DNA from: Alphaproteobacteria bacterium
GTDB taxonomy: Bacteria; Pseudomonadota; Alphaproteobacteria; MPNO01
Reading direction: 5' to 3'
NCBI GenBank assembly: GCA_964291675.2
Contig: OZ219866.1
Coordinates: forward strand, 1,312,001-1,376,000
Length of the DNA stretch: 64,000 bases
The notes beneath the pieces were generated by a model. That model saw nothing but the letters and a program-made list of their open reading frames with translations. It ran no database searches and was not told the origin of the DNA. Positions 43,517 through 58,534 of this stretch are shown here, one piece after another. Every line of letters begins with the position of its first letter. Position 1 is the stretch's first letter. A program made the position numbers and the translations under genes.

Positions 43517-45475
43517 TCACGCGTCGGTGTCTTGGTCCGGGCCAGCCGCTTCCGACTTCAGTCTATCGATCGCAGTATCGAGCGCAAGGACTTCTTGTTG
43601 CCGGCCGCCGAGGCGCCGGACCGCCACCGTGCGGGCTTCGACCTCGTTGCGCCCGACCACCAGCAGGACGGGCACCTTGCGGACGCTGTGTTCGCGCACC
43701 TTGTAGCCGATCTTCTCGTTGCGCCGGTCGAGCTCGACCTGCAGCCCGGCCGCCCGAGCCGCCGCCGCGACCTCGGCGGCGTAATCGTCGGCATCGCCGG
43801 TAATGGTCGCCACCACGACTTGCAGCGGGGCCAGCCAGAACGGCAGGTGTCCGGCATAGTGTTCGAGCAGGATGCCGAGGAAGCGCTCGATCGAGCCGAA
43901 CAGCGCCCGGTGCAGCATCACCGGCCGGTGGCGCTCGCCGTCCTCGCCGACATAGGCGGCATCCAGCCGTTCGGGCAGGTTCAAATCCACCTGAAGCGTG
44001 CCGCACTGCCAGTCGCGGCCGATCGCATCGCGCAGGACGAACTCGATCTTTGGCCCGTAGAACGCGCCCTCGCCCGGGTTGACGCCGTATTCCAGCCCCA
44101 TGCCGTCGAGCGCGCCGCGGAGCGCGCCTTCGAGCCGGTCCCAGACCGCGTCGGAGCCGATCCGCCGCTCCGGCCGGTCGGAGAACAGGATGCGCACGTC
44201 CTCGAAGCCGAAATCGCGATAGATGTCGAGGATCAGGGCGACCACAATGCGGCACTCGGATTCGGTCTGGTCGGGGGTGCAGAAGATATGCGCGTCGTCC
44301 TGCATGAAGGCGCGCACCCGCATCAGCCCGTGCAGGGCGCCCGAGGGCTCGTAGCGATGCACCCGCCCGAACTCGGCCACGCGCAGCGGCAGCTCGCGGT
44401 AGCTCCGCGTGCCCTGGCGGAACACCTGCACCCCGCCCGGGCAGTTCATCGGCTTGACCGCGAACACCCGCCCGTCCTCGGTCTCGGAGGTGAACATGTG
44501 CTCGCGGAAGGTGTCCCAATGGCCCGACAGCTCCCATAGCGAGCGGTCCATCAGCTCGGGCGTGGAGATCTCGACATAGCCGGCTTCGTCCTGGCGCCGG
44601 CGCATGTAGTCGATCAGCCGCAGATAGAGGCGCCAGCCGCGCGGGTGCCAGAACGCCGCGCCCGGCGCCTCCTCCTGGAAGTGGAACAGATCCATCTCGC
44701 GGCCGAGCCGGCGATGGTCGCGCCGCTCCGCCTCCTCGAGCCGGTGCAGATAGGCCTTGAGCTCCTTCTCGTCGCGCCAGGCGGTGCCGTAGATGCGTTG
44801 CAGCATCTCGTTGTTCGAATCGCCGCGCCAATAGGCGCCCGCCACCTTCAGGAGCTTGAAGCCCTTGCCGACATGCCCGGTGGACGGCAGATGCGGGCCG
44901 CGGCAGAGGTCGAGCCACGCGCCCTGGCGGTAGACGGTCACCGCCTCGCCGTCGGGCAGGCCGGCGACGATTTCCGCCTTGTAGGCCTCGCCCCGGTCGG
45001 CGAAGCGGCGAACCGCGTCCTCGCGGTCCCACACCTCGCGGACGATCTTCTCGTCGCGGGCGACGATCTCGTGCATCCGGCGCTCGATGCCGTCGAGATC
45101 CTCGGTCGAGAACGGCGTCGGCCGCGCGAAGTCGTAATAGAAGCCGTCTTCGATCGCCGGGCCGATGGTCACCTGGGTTCCCGGGAACAGGTCCTGCACC
45201 GCCTCGGCCATGACATGGGCGGCATCGTGGCGGATCAGCTCCAGCGCCTCTTCCGACCGGCGGGTGACGATCTCGACCGCCGCGTCGCTCTCGATCGGAC
45301 GGACCAGGTCGCGGATTTCGCCGTCGACCTTGACCGCGATCGCCGCCTTGGCGAGACCGGGGCCGATCGACGCGGCAACCTCGCCGCCGGAGGGCGGCCC
45401 GTCGAACGGCCGCCGGCTCCCGTCGGGGAGGGTGACGACCACGGACGAAGATGCGGGCTGCGTTGCGGTTGCCAT
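43517..45475 (-). CDS. thrS: Threonine-tRNA ligase
   Basis: TGS domain, [33 protein letters not shown]. Confidence 0.98.
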   Translation of the reverse strand: MATATQPASSSVVVTLPDGSRRPFDGPPSGGEVAASIGPGLAKAAIAVKVDGEIRDLVRPIESDAAVEIVTRRSEEALELIRHDAAHVMAEAVQDLFPGTQVTIGPAIEDGFYYDFARPTPFSTEDLDGIERRMHEIVARDEKIVREVWDREDAVRRFADRGEAYKAEIVAGLPDGEAVTVYRQGAWLDLCRGPHLPSTGHVGKGFKLLKVAGAYWRGDSNNEMLQRIYGTAWRDEKELKAYLHRLEEAERRDHRRLGREMDLFHFQEEAPGAAFWHPRGWRLYLRLIDYMRRRQDEAGYVEISTPELMDRSLWELSGHWDTFREHMFTSETEDGRVFAVKPMNCPGGVQVFRQGTRSYRELPLRVAEFGRVHRYEPSGALHGLMRVRAFMQDDAHIFCTPDQTESECRIVVALILDIYRDFGFEDVRILFSDRPERRIGSDAVWDRLEGALRGALDGMGLEYGVNPGEGAFYGPKIEFVLRDAIGRDWQCGTLQVDLNLPERLDAAYVGEDGERHRPVMLHRALFGSIERFLGILLEHYAGHLPFWLAPLQVVVATITGDADDYAAEVAAAARAAGLQVELDRRNEKIGYKVREHSVRKVPVLLVVGRNEVEARTVAVRRLGGRQQEVLALDTAIDRLKSEAAGPDQDTDA

Positions 45476-45550
45476 GATTCCCTTCGCGATCGCTCCGCCG
45501 GGCGAGACGCGCGCATTTAGCGCAAACCCGGTCCGGCCACAAGCCGGGGC

Positions 45551-46300
45551 TCAGCCGTCCAGCGCGGCGGCGGCAAAGATATAGGCGCCGAGCCCGAGGA
45601 TGCCCACGAAAAAAATTCGGCGGAAGCGCTCCTCCGACAGGCGGCGGCGCAGAACCTGGCCGATCGCCATGCCGGCGAGCGCGGGGAGCAGCGCCGCCGC
45701 CGACACCATGCCGGTCTCGCGCGCGAACAGCCCCGACCCGCCAAGCGCCAGGGCGAGGGCGAGCGCGGACACGCCGAACAGGAACCCCATCGCCTGGACC
45801 AGCGCGTCGCGGCCGAGCCCGATCGCCTGCAAGTACATGACTCCGGGGACCACGAAGGAGCCGGTCATCCCGGTCAGCACCCCGTTGACCGCGCCGAACA
45901 GCGGCCCCGCCCAGCCCTCCGCCCGCGCCGGAATGGAGAGCCGCCAGCCGCCGAGGCCGAGCCCGGCATAGGCGACGAGGATCAGGCCGAGCAGCGCCGA
46001 CAGCAGCGCGAGGTCGACCCGGGCGAGCGCCAGCGCGCCGAGCCAGACGGTGATCGTCGCCGCCAGCATGAAGGGCCACAGCCGGCGGACGATCATCCGC
46101 GCATGGCCGCCCACCGCGGCCTGCCACAGATTGGTCGCCGCCGCCGGCAGGGTGAGCAGCGCCATCGCCGTGGTCAGGTCGAGCAGGATCGTGAGCAGCC
46201 CGAGGCTCACCGTCGGCAGGCCGAGCCCGATCAGCCCCTTGACCCCGCCGGCGAGGAGGAAGACGGCGGCAATCGTTGCGACGATGAAGGGATCGGTCAT
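45551..46300 (-). CDS. TauE/SafE (TSUP) family membrane transporter
   Basis: AGGVKGLIGLGLP, TNLWQ, GVLTGMTG; about 8 TM segments. Confidence 0.85.
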   Translation of the reverse strand: MTDPFIVATIAAVFLLAGGVKGLIGLGLPTVSLGLLTILLDLTTAMALLTLPAAATNLWQAAVGGHARMIVRRLWPFMLAATITVWLGALALARVDLALLSALLGLILVAYAGLGLGGWRLSIPARAEGWAGPLFGAVNGVLTGMTGSFVVPGVMYLQAIGLGRDALVQAMGFLFGVSALALALALGGSGLFARETGMVSAAALLPALAGMAIGQVLRRRLSEERFRRIFFVGILGLGAYIFAAAALDG

Positions 46301-46416
46301 GGCTGCGCGCCCCGGCCCGCGGGCGGCCGGGTTTCGTGGCTTTGGCTGCGGTGATAGGGTCGGGAAACGACGGCGCCGATGATCCTCACGGGCAAACGAG
46401 ACTGGAAGTACCGCCG

Positions 46417-47190
46417 GTGAACGCGGACGGTTGCGAGGCGGCGGCGATCCTAGCACGCCCCGGCGGCGCGACAATCGCCTACCGCCGCCTGGCCGGGCGC
46501 GAGCCCGGGGTGATGTTCCTCGGCGGCTTCCGCTCGGACATGACCGGCACCAAGGCGACCATGCTGGAAGCGGCGTGCCGCGAGGCCGGGCGCGGCTTCG
46601 TCCGCTTCGACTATTCCGGGCACGGGGAGTCGTCGGGCGACTTCCTGGACGGGACCATCGGGAGCTGGCGCGACGACGCGCTGGCGGTGCTCGACGAGGC
46701 GGCGCAGGGACCCCAGGTGCTGGTCGGCTCTTCGATGGGCGGATGGATCATGCTGCTGGCGGCGCTCGCCCGGCCGCAGCGCGTGGCCGGGCTGGTCGGC
46801 ATCGCCGCGGCGCCCGATTTCACCGAGGACCTGATGTGGAACCGCTACGGCGCCGACATGCGCGCCGCGTTGCGGGATCGGGGCGTCATCCATGTCCCGT
46901 CCGACTACGACGACCGGGACTACCCGATCGCCTACAAGCTGATCGAGGAGGGCCGGCGGCACCTCCTGCTGCACCGGCCGATCGCGATCCACTGCCCGGT
47001 CCGGCTGCTGCACGGCAAGCGCGACGCGGACGTGCCGTGGACCACCGCGCCGCGCATCGCGGAAAAGCTGCTGAGCCGCGACGTCCGCGTCCTCCTGGTG
47101 CCCGACGGCGACCACAGGCTGTCGCGCGACGCGGATCTCGCCCGGCTCCGGGCGCTGGTCGACGAGCTCTGCGGCGCGGCAGAGAGCTGA
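46417..47190 (+). CDS. Alpha/beta hydrolase (ABHD10-like)
   Basis: GGFRSDMTGTKA, FDYSGHGES, GSSMGG, AAAPDFT, GDHRLS. Confidence 0.88.
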   Translation: MNADGCEAAAILARPGGATIAYRRLAGREPGVMFLGGFRSDMTGTKATMLEAACREAGRGFVRFDYSGHGESSGDFLDGTIGSWRDDALAVLDEAAQGPQVLVGSSMGGWIMLLAALARPQRVAGLVGIAAAPDFTEDLMWNRYGADMRAALRDRGVIHVPSDYDDRDYPIAYKLIEEGRRHLLLHRPIAIHCPVRLLHGKRDADVPWTTAPRIAEKLLSRDVRVLLVPDGDHRLSRDADLARLRALVDELCGAAES

Positions 47191-47197
47191 CACGGGA

Positions 47198-48628
47198 ATG
47201 GCGTCACCGGACAGGGGCGCGGCCGGGCCCTGGCGCGACCTGATCCGCAGGGACTACGCGACCTATTCGGCGATCGTGCTGCTCGGCACGCTGCTGCACG
47301 CGCTCCAGATCCTGGTGATCTCGGTGGTGATGCCGACCATCGTCGCCGACCTCGGCGGCGCGGTCTATTACGCCTGGACGGCGATCGTCTACACCGTGGG
47401 CTCGATCGTCGGCGCGGCGACGGTCGAGCCGATCACCCGCGCGATGGGGCGCCGCGTCGGCTATGTCGCGGTGGCGGCGGTGTTCATGCTGTCGACCGCG
47501 GGCTGCGCGCTGGCGCCCGACATCTTCACCCTGATCGCCGCGCGCGGCATCCAGGGCTTTGCCGGCGGACTGGTCATCGGCGCCTCGATGGCGCTGATCG
47601 GGGTGCTGTTCCCCGCCCATCTGCGCGCCCGCATCCTCGCCGCCTATCAGGGCGTCTGGATGTTCGCGCAGCTCCTCGGCCCGGTGTTCGGCGGCGTCTT
47701 CGCCGAGATCGGCTGGTGGCGCGGCTCGTTCTGGTCGTTGATCCCGTTCATCGCCTGCTACGCGGCGCTGATCTGGTGGAAGGTGCCCGACACCGCGCCG
47801 CAGCGGGGCGAGCACGCCGGCGGCTTCCCGTTCTTCCGGCTGACGGTGCTGACCGCGGGCGTGGTCGCCGTCGCGGCGGCCGGGCCGATCGACGATACCG
47901 TGCTGCGGTCGGTCCTGATCGCCGCCTCGATCGCGCTCGTCTGGCTCACCTTCCGCCTCGACAGGACCGCCCGGACGCCGCTCTTCCCGGCCCGGGCGCT
48001 GTCTCTCTCGGCGGTGGTCGGGCTTGGGCTGCTGATCCACTTCCTGGTGGGCAGCGTGCAGACCTCGATCACGCTGTTCGTGCCGCTGCTGCTCCAGGTG
48101 TTCCACGAGATGCCGCCGATCTACATCAGCTTCATCGGCATCGTCCTTTCGCTCGGCTGGACGGTGGGCACCTTCATGGTCAATGGCTGGAGCGGCGGGC
48201 GCGAGCGCCTCGCCCTCTGGTCGGGGCCGGTGATCGTGGTTCTCGGGCTCGCGCTGATGACGGCGACCACCACGGCGCCCGGGCTGGTGCTGCTGACCGT
48301 CTCCGCCTTCCTCATCGGCTTCGGGGTGGGAATCCACAACGTCCACCTGATCACCCGGACCATCGCCCGGGCGGACCCGGGCGAGGAGGGGCTGACCGCG
48401 GCATCGCTGCCCTCGGTGCGCTCGCTGGGCACCGCCTTCGGGGCGGCGCTCGCCGGCATGCTGACGACGATCGCCGGCTTCGACGACTCGATGAGCCGGG
48501 AGGCGGTGGGCGACGCGGTGACCTTCGTGTTCGGCTTCAACCTGGCGCCGGCGGTGCTGATGGCGGTGCTGATGTTCCGCCTGCTCGCGGTCGATACGGG
48601 CGGCTCAAGGCGCGGCGAGGTCGCGTAG
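47198..48628 (+). CDS. MFS transporter (14-TM type)
   Basis: MPTIVADLGG, ARGIQGFAGG, LLGPVFGG; 476 aa hydrophobic. Confidence 0.88.
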   Translation: MASPDRGAAGPWRDLIRRDYATYSAIVLLGTLLHALQILVISVVMPTIVADLGGAVYYAWTAIVYTVGSIVGAATVEPITRAMGRRVGYVAVAAVFMLSTAGCALAPDIFTLIAARGIQGFAGGLVIGASMALIGVLFPAHLRARILAAYQGVWMFAQLLGPVFGGVFAEIGWWRGSFWSLIPFIACYAALIWWKVPDTAPQRGEHAGGFPFFRLTVLTAGVVAVAAAGPIDDTVLRSVLIAASIALVWLTFRLDRTARTPLFPARALSLSAVVGLGLLIHFLVGSVQTSITLFVPLLLQVFHEMPPIYISFIGIVLSLGWTVGTFMVNGWSGGRERLALWSGPVIVVLGLALMTATTTAPGLVLLTVSAFLIGFGVGIHNVHLITRTIARADPGEEGLTAASLPSVRSLGTAFGAALAGMLTTIAGFDDSMSREAVGDAVTFVFGFNLAPAVLMAVLMFRLLAVDTGGSRRGEVA

Positions 48629-49455
48629 CCCCTCGCGGTAGCTCGGAAAGCGCAGCTTTACGCCGAGCTCGCGCTTGATGCGGTCGTTGCGCACCCGCCG
48701 GCACCCGGCATAGAAGCCGCGCGCGGGAGGCGAGAGATTCGCGGCCTCGAACCTCTCCTCGGGCGGCGGCGCGATGCCGAGCAGGTGTGCGGCGAAGGCG
48801 ACCACGTCGGCCTGCGACGCCGGCTCGTCGTCGGCGAGATTGTAGATCCGGCCCGCCGCCGGGCGCGCGATCGAGGCCCTGAGCGCCTGCGCGATGTCGG
48901 CGACGTGGATGCGGCAGAACACGTGGCCGGGCTTGACGATGCGCCGCGCGGTGCCGGCGCGCAGCCTGTCCAGCGCGCTTCGCCCGGGCCCGTAGATGCC
49001 GGCGAGCCGAAAGACCTGGACCGGCACGCCCTGCGCCTCGCCGAAGGCGAGCCAGGCGCGCTCGGCGGCGAGGCGGCGCTGCGCGCGCGGCGAGTCCGGG
49101 CGCGGCGCATCCTCCTCGCCGACCCAGCCGCCGTTCCGGTCGCCGTAGACGCCGGTGGTCGAGAGATAGCCGATCCATTCGAGACCGCGCTGGGCGGCGA
49201 TCCTGCCGCCGAGCGCGGCGAGCACCGGATCGCCGTCCGCTCCGGGCGGCGCCGAGATCGCCAGATGGGTGGCGCCGTCGACGCAGTCCGGCCGGTCGAA
49301 GGGAAATGCGGAGAAACCCGCGGCGGCGAGCGCGCGGGTCCTCCCCGGCCGCCGCGTGGTGCCGGCGATGTCGGCGAAATCGTCCGCCGCCGCGCGCGCC
49401 AGCGCCTCCGCGCAATAGCCGAAACCGAGGCACACCAGCTTTCGCGGCGGGCGGC

Positions 49456-49459
<4 letters not shown>
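48605..49459 (-). CDS. NAD-dependent epimerase/dehydratase (atypical SDR)
   Basis: LGFGYCA, YLSTTGVYGD, FRLAGIYGPGR, RIHVADI, YREGL. Confidence 0.88.
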
Positions 49460-54003
<4,544 letters not shown>

Positions 54004-54022
54004 CGCAACCTCCCCGCCGGTC

Positions 54023-55462
54023 TCAGGCGGCCCGGTCCGCCGTGGCGTCGCGGCGCTCGACCCAGGCATGGATCGCCTCGGCCGCATCCCGCCCGTCGCG
54101 GATGCCCCAGACCACCAGCGACGCGCCGCGCACGATGTCGCCCGCCGCGAACACGCCGTCGATCGCCGTCATCATCGTCCGGTAGTCGATCCGCACGGTG
54201 CCCCAGCGGGTCACCTCCAGCCCGGGCGCGCCGAACAGCGCCGGCAGGTCCTCGGGATCGAAGCCGAGCGCCTTGATCACCAAATCGGCGCCGGTCACGA
54301 AGCTCGACCCCTCGATCGGCTCGGGCGTCTGGCGCCCGGCGGCATCGGGGACGCCGAGATGGATCCTGAGCGCCCGCACCCCGGCCACCGCTCCGTCGCC
54401 GACGAACGCCTCGGGCGTCGCCAGCCAGGAGAATTTTACGCCCTCCTCCTCGGCATACTGCACCTCGCGCCTGGACCCCGGCATGTTCTCGCGGTCGCGG
54501 CGATAGAGGCAGGTGACCGATCCGGCGCCCTGGCGGACGGCGGTGCGCACGCAGTCCATTGCCGTGTCCCCGCCGCCGATCACGACCACGTCCCTGCCGG
54601 CGGCGTCGAGCCGGCCGTCGTCGAAAGCGGGCACCGCGTCGCCGAAGCCCTTGCGGTTGGAGGCGATCAGGTAATCGAGGGCGGGCACGATATTGCCGAG
54701 CCCGCCGCCCGGCACCTGGATGTCGCGCGCGCGGTAGACGCCGGTCGCGATCAGCACCGCGTCGTGGCGCCCGCGGATCTCGTCGAGGCTCGCATCGCGC
54801 CCGACCTCGAAGCCGCGGTGGAATTGGATGCCGCCCGCCTCGAGCAGGGCGACGCGGCGCGCGACGACGGTCTTCTCCAGCTTGAAATTGGGAATGCCGT
54901 AGACCAGCAGCCCGCCCGTACGGTCGTGCCGGTCGTAGACATGAACCGCGTATCCGCGCCGGCGTAGCTGTTCCGCGGCGGCGAGCCCGGCCGGCCCGGC
55001 GCCGACGATGCCGACGGAACGGCCGAGCTCGCGCGCCGGCGTCGGCGGCCTGACCCAGCCGCGTTCGAACGCGGTATCGGTGATGTAGCGCTCGACCGAG
55101 CCGATGGTGACCGTGCCGTGGCCGGACTGCTCGATCACGCAATTGCCCTCGCACAGCCGGTCCTGGGGGCAGATCCGGCCGCAGATCTCGGGCATGTTGT
55201 TGGTCGCCGCGGACACCTCGTAGGCCTCGGCCAGGCGCCCCTCGGCGGTCAGCATCAGCCAGTCGGGGATGTTGTTGTGGACCGGGCAGTGGATCTGGCA
55301 ATAGGGCACGCCGCATTGCGAGCAGCGGCTCGCCTGGGTCGCCGCGCCGGCGGCGGTATAGAGCGCATAGATCTCGTCGAAGTCGGCGCGCCGGGTCTCG
55401 GCGCCGCGCTTCTCCGGCGTCGCCTGGGGCAGATCGACGAATTTCAGCATCTGGCGGGACAT
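54023..55462 (-). CDS. gltD: Glutamate synthase small subunit
   Basis: RCSQCGVPYCQIHCP, CGRICP, GAGPAG, GGGDTAMD, FAAGD. Confidence 0.97.
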   Translation of the reverse strand: MSRQMLKFVDLPQATPEKRGAETRRADFDEIYALYTAAGAATQASRCSQCGVPYCQIHCPVHNNIPDWLMLTAEGRLAEAYEVSAATNNMPEICGRICPQDRLCEGNCVIEQSGHGTVTIGSVERYITDTAFERGWVRPPTPARELGRSVGIVGAGPAGLAAAEQLRRRGYAVHVYDRHDRTGGLLVYGIPNFKLEKTVVARRVALLEAGGIQFHRGFEVGRDASLDEIRGRHDAVLIATGVYRARDIQVPGGGLGNIVPALDYLIASNRKGFGDAVPAFDDGRLDAAGRDVVVIGGGDTAMDCVRTAVRQGAGSVTCLYRRDRENMPGSRREVQYAEEEGVKFSWLATPEAFVGDGAVAGVRALRIHLGVPDAAGRQTPEPIEGSSFVTGADLVIKALGFDPEDLPALFGAPGLEVTRWGTVRIDYRTMMTAIDGVFAAGDIVRGASLVVWGIRDGRDAAEAIHAWVERRDATADRAA

Positions 55463-55673
55463 GCCTGCCCGGTCCCCCTTCTGGCGGCGGTATTCTCTGT
55501 CTTGTCCGCCGTCGCGGCGGCTCGCCGACAAGTGCCGAACGCACCGCGTCTTGGGGTAAACTACCACGAGACTCGAAAAAATCAAGGTAGATAGGTCATC
55601 ATTACTGCCATAAATATCTGTGGATCATTTATCCCCTGCGCGGCCGGAGAGGGAATCCTGTCGGTTGAGGCAA

Positions 55674-55700
55674 AATTTAGTTCCATTTTGAGACTAAATT
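55674..55700. promoter_or_regulatory. Candidate operator, AATTTAGT-N11-ACTAAATT
   Basis: Perfect 8-bp inverted repeat in the AT-rich divergent gltD/uppP intergenic region. Confidence 0.45.
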
Positions 55701-55769
55701 GTTTGCGTTCCGGCTCTTGACCGGCCTGGCGCCCGATATCCGGCGGCCCGCGACGGCAAGGAGGGCGCC

Positions 55770-56570
55770 TTGACGCTGCTTCAGCTTGCCGTGATCGCGG
55801 CGGTGCAGGGCATCACCGAGTTTCTGCCGATCAGCTCGTCGGGGCATCTGCGGATGATCCCGCTGCTGACCGGTTGGCCCGACCAGGGGCTGACGATCGA
55901 CATCGCGGTGCATGCCGGGACCCTGCTCGCCGTGCTGGCCTATCTGTGGCGGGACGTGTGGAGCATGCTGACCGGCTTGGTCCGGATCCGCTCGGGCATG
56001 GCGGATCCCGGGCTGCGCCTGATGGTCCATCTCGCGGCCGCCACGATCCCGCTGGCCGCGGCCGGCTACGCGCTCACCGAGTATTTCGGCACGGCATGGC
56101 GCAACAGCCTCGCGGTGATCGCCTGGGCGACGTTCGGCTTCGGCCTGCTGCTCTATTCCGCCGACCGCATCGGGCTTACGGTGCGCCGGATCGAGCATAT
56201 GCGCCTGTCCGGCGCGTTGGCGATCGGCCTGGCGCAGATCCTCGCCCTGATCCCCGGGGCGAGCCGGGCCGGCGTCACCGTCACCGCGGCCCGGCTGCTC
56301 GGCTTCGAGCGGCGCGACGCGGCCCGGTTCTCGATGTTGCTGTCGATCCCCGCCATCGCCGCGGCGGGCGGGTTCGCGTACCGGGAGCTGGCCGAGTCCG
56401 GCGACGTGGCGCTGCGGATGGACGCCGCGCTGGCCGCCGGCCTCGCCTTCGTCGCGGCGCTGATCGCGATGGCGGCGATGATGCGCTGGCTCAGGCGGGC
56501 GAGCTTTGCCCCGTTCGTGATCTACCGCCTGGTCCTCGGCGGGGGGCTGCTCGCCCTCGTCTATCTCTAA
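55770..56570 (+). CDS. uppP: Undecaprenyl-diphosphate phosphatase
   Basis: QGITEFLPISSSGH, HAGT, IPGASRAG, AARFS; TTG start. Confidence 0.95.
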   Translation: MTLLQLAVIAAVQGITEFLPISSSGHLRMIPLLTGWPDQGLTIDIAVHAGTLLAVLAYLWRDVWSMLTGLVRIRSGMADPGLRLMVHLAAATIPLAAAGYALTEYFGTAWRNSLAVIAWATFGFGLLLYSADRIGLTVRRIEHMRLSGALAIGLAQILALIPGASRAGVTVTAARLLGFERRDAARFSMLLSIPAIAAAGGFAYRELAESGDVALRMDAALAAGLAFVAALIAMAAMMRWLRRASFAPFVIYRLVLGGGLLALVYL

Positions 56571-57543
56571 CCCTGGCCCGGCGGCCGGCCGCCGCGGCGA
56601 TAGCGCGCGAGATAGCCGGGCGCGACCGCCTGGAGCGGGGTGGGGTCGATGCCGAGATCCGCGAGCCCCGGCGCATCGTCCGCGGCGACGTTGTCCGAGC
56701 CCAGCATCCTGATCTGGTCGCGCGTGAGCAGCGGCGGCAGGGGCGAGAGCTCCATGATCCGCGCCGGCAGCATGGCCAGCGCGCCGGGAACCGGCAGCAA
56801 CAGCCGGCGGCGCCCGATCTGCGCCAGCAGCATTTCCATGAGCTGCCTGAAGCTCAGCACCTCCGGGCCGCCGAACTCGTAGGTCCGTCCGGCGGTGCCT
56901 CCATCCTCGACGATGCGCGCGATGCCGTCGGCCACGTCGCCGACATAGACCGGCTGGAATTTCGTCGCCCCGCCGTCGATCAGCGGCAGGGCGGGGGCGA
57001 GGCGGGCGATCCAGGCGAAGCGGTTGAGAAAATCGTCCTCGACGCCGAACACGATGCTGGGCCGGACGACGGTGGAATCGGGGAATTCGCGCCGCATCGC
57101 CGCCTCGCCGGCCGCCTTGCTCCGCGCATACGCCGCCGCGGCGTCGGGCGCGGCCCCGATGGCGGAGACATGGACCACGCGCCCGATGCCGGCAGCGGCG
57201 GCGGCGCGCGCGATCCGCTCGGCACCCTCTTCATGCACCGCCCGGAAACCCTGCGGGCCCGCCTCGTAGAGCACGCCGACCAGGTTGATCGCCGCTTCCG
57301 CGCCCGCCACCGCCTCGGCGACCGACGCGTCGTCGCGGATATTGGCGGTCACGACGCGTCGTCGCGGATATTGGCGGTCACCGGCACGATCTGGCCGACA
57401 TCGCCGAGCGGCTTGAGGAACAGCGCGCGGTCGGGCCGCCTGACCGCGACGCGGACGCGCCAGCCGCGGCGGGCGAGCTCGCCCACGGTATAGCGTCCGA
57501 CGAAGCCTGAACCGCCGAAGACGGTTGCGGTGGGCGTAGCCAT
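56567..57543 (-). pseudogene. Complex I NDUFA9-subunit family SDR, frameshifted by a 29-bp tandem duplication
   Basis: The N-terminus (TVFGGSGFVGRY, 57349-57543) and the rest (INLVG, YARSK, RPSIVFG, QPVYVGDV) are in different frames. Confidence 0.85.
57323..57380. repeat. Perfect 2 x 29-bp tandem repeat
   Basis: CGACGCGTCGTCGCGGATATTGGCGGTCA at 57323-57351 and 57352-57380. Confidence 0.95.
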
Positions 57544-57692
57544 GGCGCGACCCCCTCGATCGGCGGCTAATATCGGCTGGAGCGAGGACCGTCAACCGGG
57601 CCGCGCCCCGTCGCGGCGGACCGCGAAAGCGGTTGACAAGCCGACGGCCACTGGCGTACGGAGCCGCGAAGCGGGGATCCGGTCGCCGTTTT

Positions 57693-57779
57693 GCCCAGGT
57701 GGCGGAATTGGTAGACGCGCAGGTTTCAGGTACCTGTGACCGCAAGGTCGTGGAAGTTCGAGTCTTCTCCTGGGCACCA
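57693..57779 (+). tRNA. tRNA-Leu(CAG)
   Basis: GCCCAGGTGGCGGAATTGGTAGACGCG, CAGGT TTCAGGT ACCTG, variable arm, GTTCGAGTC, CCA; TTGACA at 57633. Confidence 0.97.
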
Positions 57780-57834
57780 CCGGATCGTGCGCTTCCGGTT
57801 CTCCGGGGCCCGGACGGGCGGCGGGGCTGCGCGC

Positions 57835-58446
57835 ATGGCGATAGAGATTCACGAAGGCGACCTGCCGGCGGGCATCGATTTCGGCGGCGCGGCGGCGGTC
57901 GACACCGAGACCATGGGGCTCGACCCGGCGCGCGACCGGCTGTGCCTGGTGCAGCTGAGCGCGGGCGACGGCAACGCCCATCTGGTGCGGTTCCGCAAGC
58001 CGACCTGCGACGCCCCCAACCTGGCGCGGCTGCTGCGGGACCCGGGGGTGACCAAGATCTTTCACTTCGCCCGCTTCGACATCGCCGTGCTGGAACGCCA
58101 TCTCGGGGCCCGCGCGGCGCCGGTCTATTGCACCAAGATCGCCTCCCGGATCGCGCGCACCTATACCGACCGGCATTCGCTGAAGGACCTGGCGGGCGAG
58201 CTGCTCGGCGTCGAGATCTCCAAGGCGCAGCAATCCTCGGACTGGGGGGCCGAGACCCTGACCGCGGCGCAGCAGGGCTATGCGGCGTCGGACGTCCTCC
58301 ATCTGCACGCGATCAGGGAAGCGCTCGATCTGATGCTGGAGCGCGAGGGCCGGTCCGAGCTCGCCCGGCGCTGCTTCGATTTCGTCGGCCACCGGGCGGC
58401 GCTCGACCTCGCGGGCTGGCGCGACATCGATATTTTCGCCCATTGA
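57835..58446 (+). CDS. nrnC: DEDDy exonuclease of the RNase D family, nano-RNase C type
   Basis: About 203 aa standalone domain; AVDTETMGL..RDRLCLVQ, FHFARFD, CTKIASR, SDW, YAASDV, C-terminal DIFAH. Confidence 0.8.
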   Translation: MAIEIHEGDLPAGIDFGGAAAVDTETMGLDPARDRLCLVQLSAGDGNAHLVRFRKPTCDAPNLARLLRDPGVTKIFHFARFDIAVLERHLGARAAPVYCTKIASRIARTYTDRHSLKDLAGELLGVEISKAQQSSDWGAETLTAAQQGYAASDVLHLHAIREALDLMLEREGRSELARRCFDFVGHRAALDLAGWRDIDIFAH

Positions 58447-58534
58447 CGGGAGCGCGGCGGCGCCCGAAATCGGCTACCATGCCGCATCGGAGACGGCCGC
58501 GCGCGGCCGCGGCCGGGAGAGTGCCGGGAGTGCC

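Noticed and set aside
48605-48628. Convergent 3' overlaps (also 11175-11218, 27482-27485, 56567-56570)
   Set aside because: Common in compact GC-rich genomes; no further signal
55674-55700. dif-like site
   Set aside because: The arms do not match XerC/XerD consensus; kept only as a candidate operator
57323-57380. 29-bp repeat as a CRISPR remnant
   Set aside because: Two abutting units with no spacer, inside a CDS, and no cas genes
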